From positions 96,001 through 160,000 of the forward strand of contig JAZDCY010000014.1 in the NCBI GenBank assembly GCA_036679645.1: a stretch of 64,000 nt of DNA, written 5' to 3'. The notes under the pieces were generated by a model. It did no database searches. It saw nothing but the letters and a program-made list of their open reading frames with translations, and was not told the origin of the DNA. Shown here piece by piece: positions 46,953 to 57,700 of this stretch (position 1 is the first letter of the stretch; the number at the start of each line of letters is the position of its first letter). The DNA is from Gemmatimonadota bacterium (GTDB taxonomy: Bacteria; Gemmatimonadota; Gemmatimonadetes; Gemmatimonadales; GWC2-71-9). A program made the position numbers and the translations under genes.

Positions 46953-47393
46953 TCAATAGGTCTCCCACGTGCCTGGGGTCACGAGCTCGAGCAAATGTCC
47001 GTCCGGGTCCCGGAAATAGAGGCTCCGGCCTCCCCTCTCCCAGTCGACCTTGCTCTCGACCGCCACGCCCTGCTCACTCAACCACCGCTCCCATCGCCCC
47101 ACGTCACCCTCCAAAATAGCAAAGGCGACATGGGATGTGCCTTCACCATCGTGCGGCGGTAGCACGCCTCCCGACATGCTCATGGGCTCGCTCGACGCCC
47201 CGAGCTTGAAGAGCAGCAGCACCTGCTTCCCTTCCACGTCGAGCGCGGCAATTCGTTCTTTGGAAACCATGACGGGAAAGCCAAAGAGCTGGCGATAGAA
47301 ATCGGCGGATCGCGAAACGTCCTTCACGTACAGGCCGAACTCCAACATCCCTTGCACAGGTGGTCTGGCCACATTCCCCCCATTTCCACTCAT
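46953..47393 (-). CDS. VOC / glyoxalase family protein
   Basis: LYVKDVSRSADFY...HVAF...SLYFRDPDGHLLEL. Confidence 0.9.
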   Translation of the reverse strand: MSGNGGNVARPPVQGMLEFGLYVKDVSRSADFYRQLFGFPVMVSKERIAALDVEGKQVLLLFKLGASSEPMSMSGGVLPPHDGEGTSHVAFAILEGDVGRWERWLSEQGVAVESKVDWERGGRSLYFRDPDGHLLELVTPGTWETY

Positions 47394-47394
47394 T

Positions 47395-47425
47395 CTCTGC
47401 ACTCTCCGCGATCTCTGCGGTGAAA
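47395..47425. repeat. 9-bp periodic CTCTGCG-type intergenic repeat (related copy at about 52002-52019)
   Basis: ctctgcact ctccgcgat ctctgcggt gaaa. Confidence 0.5.
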
Positions 47426-47473
47426 CGTCCGGGTGAAATGGCTCCGTCCGTTGCACCACCATAGGATCGACTG

Positions 47474-48187
47474 CTACGGCACGTCCATGCGGCGCAGTCG
47501 CCGAATCGACAACAGCAAGAACCCGGCGAACACAACGACCGCCGCGCCGATCGCAAATCCGAAGCTCAGGGTGTTGTCCGTCGCAAAACGGCGTGCGTCC
47601 AGCCCGTGCATCCAAGCAATCGTATGATAGCGGATGCTCAGTGACCTCACCCCCGTTACGAACCCCGCGAAGTACCCTTCCCACAGGACGATGTACACCA
47701 GACCGATCGCCATTGCCCGGGAGCTCATGAGGCCGGCCCAGACAAAGGCCGAGGAATACAACAAGACGCCAACCAATGCGGAAATCGTGACCGCGGCCGT
47801 TGCGGTCACATCACCGTCGTATGCGATGTGGCTCGTCACGATCGCGCTGCCCGCGATGAACGACCCGGAGACCGTGACGGCCGCTAGCAGTTTTGGCACC
47901 ACGATCTGCCATCGGGGGAGCGGTGAGAGTGTCAGATTCGCGAGCGTCCGGTCCTCGATCTCATTCGCGAACGCGATGCTTGCGACGGCGAGGACGACCA
48001 GCGGCCCGATGGTGCCTGCCAGCATACCGCTGAGCACGATTAGATCGAATTCCTCGACGGATGGGGCGCGCTCCGACCGCATGGCGACGAGAGACATGAA
48101 TACGGGCATCGCGGCCAGCACGAGCATGATCAGCAGGCGCCATTTGCCCGAGAGCTGGCGCAGCGTGAGCAGATAGATGGACTTCAT
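47474..48187 (-). CDS. ABC transporter permease
   Basis: Multiple TM helices; EIEDRTLANLTLSPLPRWQIV..K. Confidence 0.88.
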   Translation of the reverse strand: MKSIYLLTLRQLSGKWRLLIMLVLAAMPVFMSLVAMRSERAPSVEEFDLIVLSGMLAGTIGPLVVLAVASIAFANEIEDRTLANLTLSPLPRWQIVVPKLLAAVTVSGSFIAGSAIVTSHIAYDGDVTATAAVTISALVGVLLYSSAFVWAGLMSSRAMAIGLVYIVLWEGYFAGFVTGVRSLSIRYHTIAWMHGLDARRFATDNTLSFGFAIGAAVVVFAGFLLLSIRRLRRMDVP

Positions 48188-48189
48188 CG

Positions 48190-49122
48190 CTAACGCTCCA
48201 CCAGGTAACCGAATACGCTTTCCAGCGAATCGTCCAGCGGCTCTACCCGGCGCAGGCCGATGGAAGCCGACTGCGCGAGACGGGGCAGCTCGATCTGCAA
48301 CGCACGCACGTTCCTGCTCAGCACGACGACCTTTCCGTCGGGATCGATGTTCACGGCTTCCACGGAGTCGAGCCGTACGAGGGCGGACGCCAGTTCTCGA
48401 GGCGAGTCGGACACCACGAGTACGTGGTACGGCCTCTCGTCCAACGCCGCCCGAATGGCGCGGAAATCCCCGGACGCCGCGAGCTTACCGTTGACGATGA
48501 GGAGGACGGTGTCGGCGAGCTGCTCGACCTCCTCGAGGATGTGCGAGGAGATGATGATCGTCCGTCCCTCCGCAGCCAATTGCCGCAGCAGGGCCTGGAA
48601 ATGCACCCGTTGCCTGGGGTCGGCGCCATTCAACGGTTCATCGAGAATCAGGATCTCCGGGTCGTGCACGAGCGTCGCCGCCAGACGCATCCGCTGGCGC
48701 ATGCCCCGAGAGTAGGTCCCCATCGGACGATCTGCCGCGGCGGCGAGATCCACGGAGCCGATGGCCTTCTCGACTGCGGCGTCGAGATTGGACATACCTC
48801 TGAGTCGGCCCATCATTGCGACGAACTCACGGCCCTTCATGAACCCGTAGACCGTCTCGTGCTCCGACATCACGCCCATGCGCCCGTACAGCATGGGGTT
48901 GTTGCGCACCGGCTCCCCGAACACGGTGACGGTTCCGTCGGACACGTCGGCGAGCCCCGTCATCATGCGGAGCAAGGTCGTCTTGCCGGCACCGTTGGGG
49001 CCCAGCAGACCGGTGATGCCGGGCGTGATGTCGAACGTCACATCGCTGACGGCGACGACACTCCCGAACCAGCGGGACACGCCATCGACCCGGATGACCG
49101 GTGCTACGCCGTTGGCGGTCAT
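48190..49122 (-). CDS. ABC transporter ATP-binding protein
   Basis: GPNGAGKT, YSRGMRQR, ILDEP and SSH motifs. Confidence 0.93.
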   Translation of the reverse strand: MTANGVAPVIRVDGVSRWFGSVVAVSDVTFDITPGITGLLGPNGAGKTTLLRMMTGLADVSDGTVTVFGEPVRNNPMLYGRMGVMSEHETVYGFMKGREFVAMMGRLRGMSNLDAAVEKAIGSVDLAAAADRPMGTYSRGMRQRMRLAATLVHDPEILILDEPLNGADPRQRVHFQALLRQLAAEGRTIIISSHILEEVEQLADTVLLIVNGKLAASGDFRAIRAALDERPYHVLVVSDSPRELASALVRLDSVEAVNIDPDGKVVVLSRNVRALQIELPRLAQSASIGLRRVEPLDDSLESVFGYLVER

Positions 49123-50039
49123 GGGGTCAACCGCCGGTAACGTGTCCACAGGATTCCGGCGGGCAGCAGTGTCCACAGGAAATACCAACCCACCAGGATC
49201 CCCGCCGAAAGCTCGCCGGCGGGCGCTTCACTAGTGATCGCACTGACCTCGCCGAAGATGAGGTCGTTCACGTGCACGGGGATGTTGCTCAGGTTGAACA
49301 TGGAGATCCACTGACCCGCCGTGGGCGCGGTCTGGCCGATCTCCATCGCGAGGCCCGTGGTGAAGGGTGTCGTGATCACGAACAGGCCCACGAGGAACAC
49401 GGAGGCGTACGCCCGCCGGGTCGTGAACGCGGCGGTGAGCAACGCCAACGTCGTGGTGTACACAGCGAACGCGACTCCCGACGCCAGGAACTTCGGAATA
49501 TCGAGCCAGTGGGCGGCGAAGTAAGCAGCCGGCTCGGGATCACCCGCCGACAGCCCGACGAAGAGGATGACCTGGGGGAGCCACGCGGCCGCGAGCATCA
49601 CCGTGAAGAACGCAAGCCACCGGGCGGCGACGTAATCCGAACCCGTTAGCGGTCGCACCAGGTACAGGTTGATGGTGCCCTCACGACGGTCCGGACACAG
49701 CAACTCCGGCGCGCCTACCGCAGCGAAGACGAACAGGAAGATCGACGCAATGCCGTAGTAGTCGGAATGCGAAGGGAGGTTGAGCTGCTCAGCGGATCCC
49801 GGGCCTCCCAGCCTGTCGGCCGCGCCGGCGATCAATGCCATGATCAGGGCGATCGCCGCCAGCAGACCGATGAAGAACCAGGGCAATATCTTCGCTCGAG
49901 CGCCGCGCCCCAGACCCAGCGCAGTTCTTACGCCGTCCTTGAAGACCGCAAACCGCGCGCGGTTCCTCCCCTCGCGCGAGCCGGTGTATTTCTGATACCC
50001 AATGTCAAAAACGGTGCCTTCGGCGGTGTTCGCGGTCAT
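49119..50039 (-). CDS. ABC transporter permease
   Basis: Multiple TM helices; DRREGTINLYLVRPL...Y...R. Confidence 0.88.
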   Translation of the reverse strand: MTANTAEGTVFDIGYQKYTGSREGRNRARFAVFKDGVRTALGLGRGARAKILPWFFIGLLAAIALIMALIAGAADRLGGPGSAEQLNLPSHSDYYGIASIFLFVFAAVGAPELLCPDRREGTINLYLVRPLTGSDYVAARWLAFFTVMLAAAWLPQVILFVGLSAGDPEPAAYFAAHWLDIPKFLASGVAFAVYTTTLALLTAAFTTRRAYASVFLVGLFVITTPFTTGLAMEIGQTAPTAGQWISMFNLSNIPVHVNDLIFGEVSAITSEAPAGELSAGILVGWYFLWTLLPAGILWTRYRRLTP

Positions 50040-50962
50040 GGGGCCACACCGTGTTCGAAGTCGTCGCCTTCTCGTTGAAACAGCTCGGTCAGCGCGCGTC
50101 GGCGTGGTGCCATCCGGCGCAGCGGCGCCTCGGCCTCGACCAGTGCATCGCGAACCTGGTCGTAGACCGACTCGTCGGGGCCCTCGACAGAGAGTCCGCT
50201 TCCGTCCGCGGCTACGACGACACCACGTTTCTCCAACGCGACGACAAGACGCTCACGGTTGGTGTCGACCTCGATGAACACGTGCTCGGTCTCCTGCGTG
50301 AAGTGCTCGACGTCCCCAGTCTGCACTACTCGACCACCCTGCAGCACAATAATCCGATCACAGGTTCGCTCGACATCCGCCATCAGGTGCGACGATAGGA
50401 GAATGCTGATGCCGAACTCGCGATGTGTCTTGCGAACGAGCTCGAGCATCTCCTCACGTCCTCCCGGGTCGAGCCCCGCCGTGGGCTCGTCCAGAAAGAC
50501 GATCGCAGGGTCGTGCACCAACGCCTGCGCCAGTTTCACCCGCTGCTTCATGCCGGTCGAGTAGCCTCCCATCGCCCGGTAGCGCTCCTCGAACAGGCCC
50601 GCATGCCGCAACGTGTCGGCCGCGCGCGTGCGCGCGTTCGACGGCGGCAGGCCGCTTACCTCTGCCATGTGCGTAAGGAACTCGGCAGCCGACACGCTCG
50701 TTGGCAGACAATCGTGCTCCGGCATGTAGCCTAGCTTCGATCGCACGACGACGCTCTCGGAGGCGTTCTCTCCGAGAATCGTGGCCGAGCCGGACGTCGG
50801 CCGAAGCAGCCCGAGGAAGATCTTGATCGCGGTGCTCTTCCCCGCACCATTCTCGCCGAGCAGACCGGTAATCCCGTCGGAGATGCCGAGGCTCACGCCG
50901 TCGAGCGCCACGACGTTGCCATAGTGCTTGGTCAGGTTTTCGGCTGTGAGTAGTGTTTCCAC
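50036..50962 (-). CDS. ABC transporter ATP-binding protein
   Basis: GENGAGKS, YSTGMKQR, FLDEP and SSH motifs. Confidence 0.93.
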   Translation of the reverse strand: METLLTAENLTKHYGNVVALDGVSLGISDGITGLLGENGAGKSTAIKIFLGLLRPTSGSATILGENASESVVVRSKLGYMPEHDCLPTSVSAAEFLTHMAEVSGLPPSNARTRAADTLRHAGLFEERYRAMGGYSTGMKQRVKLAQALVHDPAIVFLDEPTAGLDPGGREEMLELVRKTHREFGISILLSSHLMADVERTCDRIIVLQGGRVVQTGDVEHFTQETEHVFIEVDTNRERLVVALEKRGVVVAADGSGLSVEGPDESVYDQVRDALVEAEAPLRRMAPRRRALTELFQREGDDFEHGVAP

Positions 50963-50970
50963 GGAGCCCC

Positions 50971-51879
50971 TCAGTCGTCCCTGCAAGCCGCTTCATACCC
51001 CAGGCGGCACGCGCGCCGCAACCGCCAGCTGGCTTGGCCCAGGTTTCGCGACACGCCGGTCCCGGTCGCGTACATGTTGCCGAGCGTGAAGCAGCTCTCC
51101 GCATGCTGAAGGTCGCAGCCTTTGTCAAACAGGTTCGCGGCCTCGGTAGAATCCTGGGTGACGCCCGCGCCGTTCGCGTGCGCACCACCGAGCTTGAAAC
51201 ACCCTGCGCCCGCATCTGCGTCACAGGCTTCCCGGTAGAGCGCAACGGCTTGGTCGAGGTCCTGCGTGACGCCGTCGCCGGAGGCAACCAGGTCGCCCAG
51301 GCGAATGCAACCTGCCATCACGTCGCCATCACAGGCGTGCTCGAAGAGACCAGCAGCCCGGGCGAGGTCCTGTGCGACCCCCTCGCCAGCAACATATGCG
51401 CTCCCGAGGTGCGAGCAGCCGAGCGCATCGTCGCCGTCGCACGCCTGTTGGAACAGGCCGGCGGCGCGAGTGAGGTTTTGCGGGACACCCACGCTATCCC
51501 GGTACAGCACTCCCAGACCTGTACAGCCTCTCATTTCAGCGCCATCACAGGCCCGTCGGTACATGCTGATCGCGACGGCGGAATCTCCAACGATGCCCGT
51601 GCTCTCCTGATGCATCCGGCCGAGGCGATAACAGCCCTCCGCCACCCCCTCATCGCAGGCCTGTTCGAACAGGCCGGCGGCGCGGGGCTGGTCCTGGAGG
51701 ACGTGATCGCCGCTCGCGAGCCGGTACGCGAGAGTATTGCAGTCCGCCGCGTTCCCGTCCGCGCACGACAGCCGCAGCCGCTTGGCCTCCGAGCTACAGG
51801 CGGCCAGGGCAACAGCGGCCACGACGAGCAGCAGCTTGCCAGCAAGGGCAGTTGAGGGCCGGGTGGAGATCTCGATCAT
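50971..51879 (-). CDS. Sel1-repeat (Hcp-like, Cys-rich) lipoprotein
   Basis: Lipobox LAAC; repeated A..LF..ACD.....GC..LG..Y..G.GV.QD units. Confidence 0.9.
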   Translation of the reverse strand: MIEISTRPSTALAGKLLLVVAAVALAACSSEAKRLRLSCADGNAADCNTLAYRLASGDHVLQDQPRAAGLFEQACDEGVAEGCYRLGRMHQESTGIVGDSAVAISMYRRACDGAEMRGCTGLGVLYRDSVGVPQNLTRAAGLFQQACDGDDALGCSHLGSAYVAGEGVAQDLARAAGLFEHACDGDVMAGCIRLGDLVASGDGVTQDLDQAVALYREACDADAGAGCFKLGGAHANGAGVTQDSTEAANLFDKGCDLQHAESCFTLGNMYATGTGVSRNLGQASWRLRRACRLGYEAACRDD

Positions 51880-52071
51880 GGGCCACGAAGATGTAAGGTC
51901 GCGCGAGTATGCGCGAGGTAAGAGGTTTGGGGGCCCATTTGGGCCCCAACGTACGGACGGCCGCTCAACAGGACGGCCGTCGGCACAGGAAGTTTCGTTC
52001 ACTGCGTTCTCTGCGGTGACACGTCTCCGCGCTGCCCGTACGAGACGAGTTACCGCCGTCTCGCCACTGAT

Positions 52072-52195
52072 CTATTTTACATAATATGATAGTTGATAAT
52101 TGCTACTATTGGCATTAATCGCCATTATATTAGTTGTAGATTGATTTCACTATAATAGCTATTATATTATGTATTAGCAGCAATCTGGGGGATTT
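52072..52195 (+). promoter_or_regulatory. Very AT-rich promoter/operator region upstream of hipBA
   Basis: Abrupt AT-rich patch; perfect 16-bp palindrome TATAATAGCTATTATA (52151-52166) containing TATAAT. Confidence 0.7.
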
Positions 52196-52510
52196 TTGAC
52201 TACTATAACAGGTGACACGACAGATGGAGAGATTATCCGCGAACTCGGTCTGCGGCTACGCTCTTATCGCCTTCAGCAGAATCTCAGCGTCGCGGAGGTC
52301 GCGGCGCGGGCCGGACTGAACCCGAACACGGTCGTCAATGCCGAGGGTGGCAAGAACTCGCGCCTCACAACGATCATGCGCCTCCTCCGGGTATACGGAC
52401 GCATTGAGGCGGTGAACGCGTTCCTTCCTGCACCGCAAATATCCCCCCTGGAACTAGCGAGGCGAAAGGGCCACCCTCGCAAGCGCGCGCGGAAGCGCAA
52501 AGATGGCTGA
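52196..52510 (+). CDS. XRE-family HTH antitoxin (HipB-like)
   Basis: LRSYRLQQNLSVAEVAARAGLNPNTVVNAEGG; overlaps the HipA gene. Confidence 0.85.
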   Translation: MTTITGDTTDGEIIRELGLRLRSYRLQQNLSVAEVAARAGLNPNTVVNAEGGKNSRLTTIMRLLRVYGRIEAVNAFLPAPQISPLELARRKGHPRKRARKRKDG

Positions 52511-53780
52511 GACCGCAGTCTGGGCTGAGATCTGGCTGTGGGACACGTGGGTTGGAGCCGTCGCAGAGGCGGAGGATGGCCAGGTCACGTTCGAATACAA
52601 CCCCGAGTTTCGGAAACAAGGGCTCGAGATATCCCCGTTGATGTTACCGCTGTCGAGAGAAGGCGCCGTCACCTTCCCAGAGCTTCATCGAGTAGAGGCC
52701 TTTCAGGGACTGCCCGGCGTCTTGGCAGACGCCCTGCCCGATCGATTTGGCAACGCGGTGATCAGGAAGTACTTCTCGGACCGCGGAACACCCGAGGCAG
52801 CCATGCGTCCGGTGCAGAAACTTCTGTACATCGGGGAGCGCGCAATGGGCGCTTTAGAGTTCCGCCCTGCCATCAAGATCCGACGCACTGCCGAGCGTGA
52901 ATCCCTCGAGATCGCTGAACTGGTCGAGCAAGCTCGGGTCGTCATCGAAGGGCGACCGGACGTGAGCATTCCGGAGATGATGCGCGTCGGCGCGTCTGCT
53001 GGAGGGGCGCGAGCGAAAGCACTGATTCTGTGGAATCGTGCAGCAGACGAGGTGCGCTCGGCGTTCGCCACGCCACGGCAGGGGGATGAGCACTGGATGG
53101 TCAAATTCGACGGCGTGGGTGAGCTGGGCGAGCCTGACGCGACTCCAAAGCCCTTCAATCGGATCGAATTCGTCTACTCACGCCTTGCGCGAGACGCAGG
53201 GATCACCATGCCAGAGACCAGACTGTTTCAAGAGCGAGAGCACGGGCATCTGATGGTCAAGCGGTTCGACAGATCGGAAACGCAGAGACTGCACTTACAC
53301 AGTCTTGGTGGTATCCACCACATCGACTTCAACACCCCCGGTCTATTCTCGTACGAACAGTTCTTGCGGACGATCCTGTCCCTCGGGCTCGACTACCGCA
53401 CAATGGAGGAGGCGTATCGCCGCTCCGTGTTCAACATCGTGGCCGTAAACCAAGATGACCACGTCAAGAACATCGGCTTCCTGATGGACAGACAGGGGAC
53501 CTGGCAACTCTCACCTGCCTATGACCTCACCTACGCTCGAGGAACCGGTTACACCCGGCGTCATCAAATGTCGCTCAATCGTAAGCGTGACGACTTCATC
53601 AGAGACGATCTGCTCGTTCTCGGGAAGAAAATGGGAATCAAACGTGGTGGAGAGTATGTAATTGACGAAGTGATCGAATCCATGAGCAATTGGAAGGAAT
53701 ATGCCAGGGAGGCCATGGTCCCGAGCGGCACAATAGAGTCGATACAGAAGCAGTTTCGTCTGCTGCGCGCGCGCGCTTGA
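52503..53780 (+). CDS. hipA: HipA-family kinase toxin
   Basis: DALPDRFG, GASAGGARAK, KRFDR, NQDDHVKN and LSPAYD motifs. Confidence 0.92.
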   Translation: MAETAVWAEIWLWDTWVGAVAEAEDGQVTFEYNPEFRKQGLEISPLMLPLSREGAVTFPELHRVEAFQGLPGVLADALPDRFGNAVIRKYFSDRGTPEAAMRPVQKLLYIGERAMGALEFRPAIKIRRTAERESLEIAELVEQARVVIEGRPDVSIPEMMRVGASAGGARAKALILWNRAADEVRSAFATPRQGDEHWMVKFDGVGELGEPDATPKPFNRIEFVYSRLARDAGITMPETRLFQEREHGHLMVKRFDRSETQRLHLHSLGGIHHIDFNTPGLFSYEQFLRTILSLGLDYRTMEEAYRRSVFNIVAVNQDDHVKNIGFLMDRQGTWQLSPAYDLTYARGTGYTRRHQMSLNRKRDDFIRDDLLVLGKKMGIKRGGEYVIDEVIESMSNWKEYAREAMVPSGTIESIQKQFRLLRARA

Positions 53781-53784
53781 TGCG

Positions 53785-54450
53785 CTACTCGGGCTGCGGT
53801 ACGATCCGGATGTAAGGCAACGGTTCCTGCCAGCCGTCAGGGTACTTCGCCTTGGCGTCCTCGTTTGACACTGACGGAAGGATGATCACGTCGCCACCCC
53901 GCTCCCAATTCGCCGGTGTGGCAACCTGGTGCTGCGCCGTCAATTGGCAGGAGTCGAGTAATCTCAAGATCTCCGCGAAGTTGCGCCCGGTGCTCATCGG
54001 ATATGTCAGCATCGCCTTGATCTTCTTATCTGGCCCAATCACGAAGACCGACCTGGCCGTGGCATTTTCGGCCGGCGTTCTTCCCTCGGACGTATCGCCT
54101 GCGTCCGCCGGCAACATGTCGTAGAGCTTGACCACTTTCAGCTCGGGATCCCCTATCAACGGATAGTTGAGGGAGTTCCCCTGCGATGCCTCGATGTCCT
54201 TTGACCAAGACTTGTGATCGCTCACACCATCGACGCTGATTCCCAGAACCTTACAGTTGCGTTGGTCGAACTCCTTCTTGAGACCGGCAACGGCACCCAG
54301 CTCGGTAGTACAGACCGGCGTGAAGTCCTTCGGATGCGAGAACAGCAATGCCCATCCGTCGCCGATCCACTCGTGGAAATTGATGGTTCCTTCCGTCGTG
54401 TCGGCGGTGAAATCGGGAGCGGTGTTGTTGATTCGCAATGTCATTGTCAT
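53785..54450 (-). CDS. 1-Cys peroxiredoxin (Prx6 family)
   Basis: FSHPKDFTPVCTTE, YPMSTGRNFAEILR and VATPANW motifs. Confidence 0.95.
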   Translation of the reverse strand: MTMTLRINNTAPDFTADTTEGTINFHEWIGDGWALLFSHPKDFTPVCTTELGAVAGLKKEFDQRNCKVLGISVDGVSDHKSWSKDIEASQGNSLNYPLIGDPELKVVKLYDMLPADAGDTSEGRTPAENATARSVFVIGPDKKIKAMLTYPMSTGRNFAEILRLLDSCQLTAQHQVATPANWERGGDVIILPSVSNEDAKAKYPDGWQEPLPYIRIVPQPE

Positions 54451-54796
54451 GCTCCATTGGTGTAGTGGGTTACGCCGTTTGTGAGGCGCGCAATCGGCGG
54501 TCGAGCTCCTCTTCGGCCCGAAGGACCCTCACCGCCACGTTGAGCTCACCTCCCAGACTGGATCTAATGGTCCGCACAGCAGCTCGCTAGACGCCAACCC
54601 TTTTCTCTGTCCATAGGTGTCTCCCGACGAATCATGGCTGAGGGTCAATGCGCCATGCCCACGTCCCGCGCTCCACGACCGTCGCGCAAACACCACATTC
54701 CCCAGCCAGCCGCCAAGCGGGGGTGTCGCACGCCCCCCTGGGTTGCCGAGGCCCGCCCGAGGAACCACTCTTGCTGTCCTCCTTGTCCGGGGCTTC

Positions 54797-57700
54797 ATGT
54801 ACCGACCGTGTAACCGCGTTCTGCTGGGGATCCTACTCGCCGCCATGGCAGCGCTTCTCGTGGGGAGTTGTACCGACGAGACCGCGCCGGGGCCGATCCT
54901 GCACGGCCGGTTCGCAATTCAGCCTTTCTTCTCGACGGCCGCGGCGGGCATCGTCCCGCTGTCCCAAGCGCGCTTTCTCGTCGTTCGCATAGGCGACAAC
55001 AGCGTCGCCGCGGACACCGTCTTGGCACTGGCCCCTGACCAGGACAGCGTGGATCTCGCGCTCACCGTCCCCCTGCTCCAGGACGGCGAGACGGTCGAAG
55101 TCACGATCACTCTGATCACGCCGGCGGGCGATACGGCCTTCCGCGCGGGGCCTCTTCTCGTGTCCCCCTCGACGAGCGGACCGCCGGTTCTGATCGATGC
55201 CGAGTTCACTTATGAGGGCCCCGGCGCATCCGCCGTTTCGGTTGACATCGCCGACCCACCGGCTGGCATTCTGTTTATCGGCGAGACGATACGGCTCACG
55301 GCAACCGCGTTCGACGATGGTGACAATCCGATCCCAAATACGCCTTTCCGATGGGAGACGCTCAACCCGCTCATCGCCTCGGTAGCCAATATCGACGCGG
55401 CGTTCGTCGCGACCGTGCTCGCGGAATCCATGCGGGGCGATGCGCAGATCGTGGTGACCTCACCGACCGACCTCACCGACACCGTGACCGTGAGCGTTCA
55501 ACCCCTGCCGAACGGGATCGCTGTGGAGTCAGGCAACGGCCAGTCGGGAACGGTCGGCACCGCGCTCCCGCAGCCCCTGACCGCACGCGTCACCGCCACC
55601 GACGGCCTGGGAGTGAGCGGGGTGTGGGTGCTGTTCTCCGTAGCCGGTGGCGGCGGCACGTTGTCCGTCGATTCCGCGCTCGCCGACACGAGTGGGTTCG
55701 CCTCAGCGAGCCTGACCCTGGGCCTCGTTGCCGGCGTCCACACGGTGGTGGCCTCGACCGCCATGTTGCCGGCCACGACAGCCACGTTCACGGCGGATGC
55801 GCTCGCCGGACCCCCGCAAAACATCACTCTGTCGGCGGGCGACGCGCAAACCGCCGCGGCCGGGACGGCCGTCGCCACCGCGCCCGCCGTGCTCGTCACG
55901 GACGCAAACGGGAACCCGATCTCAGGCGTGTCAGTCACGTTCGAGGTCGTCTCCGGCGGCGGCTCGATTACCGGCGCCCTGCCCAACACGGACGCGTCCG
56001 GCACCGCGACGCTCAGCAGCTGGACGCTCGGCACCGTGCCCGGCTCGAATGTGCTGCGGGCGTTTCTCACCGGGTTCGGTCTCGGCGCCGACCCCGGTCC
56101 CAAAGCCCGGGGGCGAACCCCCGCCCAGACGGCGGCGCCCACCGATACCGTCACCCTAGCCGGTCCTAAGGGCCGCGGGCGAACCCCCAACCAGACGGCG
56201 GCGCCCACCGATACCGTCACCTTCACCGCCAACGGCGTCACGACCCCGCCGGCAACGGTCGTGCTCGTGTCCGGTGACACGCAAATCGGAACCGTAGGTG
56301 CGGTTCTGACGGCTTCGCTCGTGGCCCGGGTGGAAGACGCGCTCGGCAACCCGCTGCCAGCGGTGACGGTCAATTGGGTGGTGACGCTCGGGACCGGCAG
56401 CGTCGACGCAGTGGCGGTCGTTACCGATGCCGCTGGTCTTGCGGCGGTCGCTTGGACGCTCGGGACCGCCGCCGGAACCGGTCACTCCGTGACGGCGTCC
56501 GTGAGCGGGGTCGTGCCCACGGCGGTGTACACAGCAACCGCCCTTCCGGGCCCGCCAGCGGCCCTGGCGTTCGTCACGCAGCCCTCGGACACGCTCCGAA
56601 GCGCGATCATTGCACCGCCCGTCGAAGTGGAGATCCTCGACCAGTTCGCAAATCGAGTAACCGCCGACTCGGTCACGGGTGTCGACATCACCATCACAGC
56701 CGGCACTGGAACGGTCGGCGCTGTACTCTCGGGAACTACCACCCAGACGGCCGTCGGCGGACTCGTGACGTTCGCGGACCTCAGCATCAATCTCGCCGGA
56801 ACCGCGTACACGCTGGATGCGACGATCCCCAGCCTGGCGCTCGCGACCAGCGCGCCGTTCGACATCAACGCCCCGCCGTCTCCGCCCGCCGTGCTGATCA
56901 GCCATTGGGCCGCCGACGGCAACCCCGTCGATTCAGCCGATGGTAACGACGGCACCCTCGTGGGCGGCACCGCGTTCGCGCCCGGCCTGATCAATCAGGC
57001 ATTCGCCTTCGACGGCGTAGACGACCTCGTGAACATCGGCAACCCGGCGAACCTCCAGCTCTCCGCCGGCACGTTCTCCGTCAGCGTCTGGGCATTCGCC
57101 AACGTGGCGAACGTCGACATGTCGTTCGTGGACCGGATGAGTGGAATCAACGAAGACGGCTGGCGGATGGCGCAGCAGTTCCAGAACAACGAAGTCTGGT
57201 TCTGTCTGGGCGGGGGCACGGGCGTAAACGGTTGCCAGACCGGCGCCGCCACAACCGTCCAGACCGGTTCGATCAATGTTGGCGCGTGGTCTCACTTGGT
57301 CACCGTCAAGTCGGGCGACAGCATCGCGATCTACCTGAACGGACAGCTGGCGCAGCAGAAAGCGCTGCCGCCGTTCACTGACAATCAGGCAAACAACCTG
57401 CTGATCGGCAGCAGTGCCACGACTGGCGCCAGCGCGTTCATGAACGGCCTGCTGGACGACGTGCGGATCTATTCGGGCGTGCTCACCGCGACGCAGGTCG
57501 ACTCGATATTCGTAGCCGTAGTGTCCGCCGCGCCGTCGAAGCTCGACTTCACGGGCGAGCCGGTGAACACCTCGGTCAACGGCACGATGCCGACCGTCGA
57601 GGTGACCGCCCGTGATCCACTGGGCAACGTCGATGCGAGCTTCACCGGAAACGTCACCGTCACGATCCTCGACGACCCCAGCGCGGGCGCCGCCATCTTG

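Noticed and set aside
54451..54490. tRNA-like start GCTCCATTGGTGTAGTGG
   Set aside because: There is no T arm or acceptor pairing; it overlaps the RBS region of the peroxiredoxin gene on the - strand.
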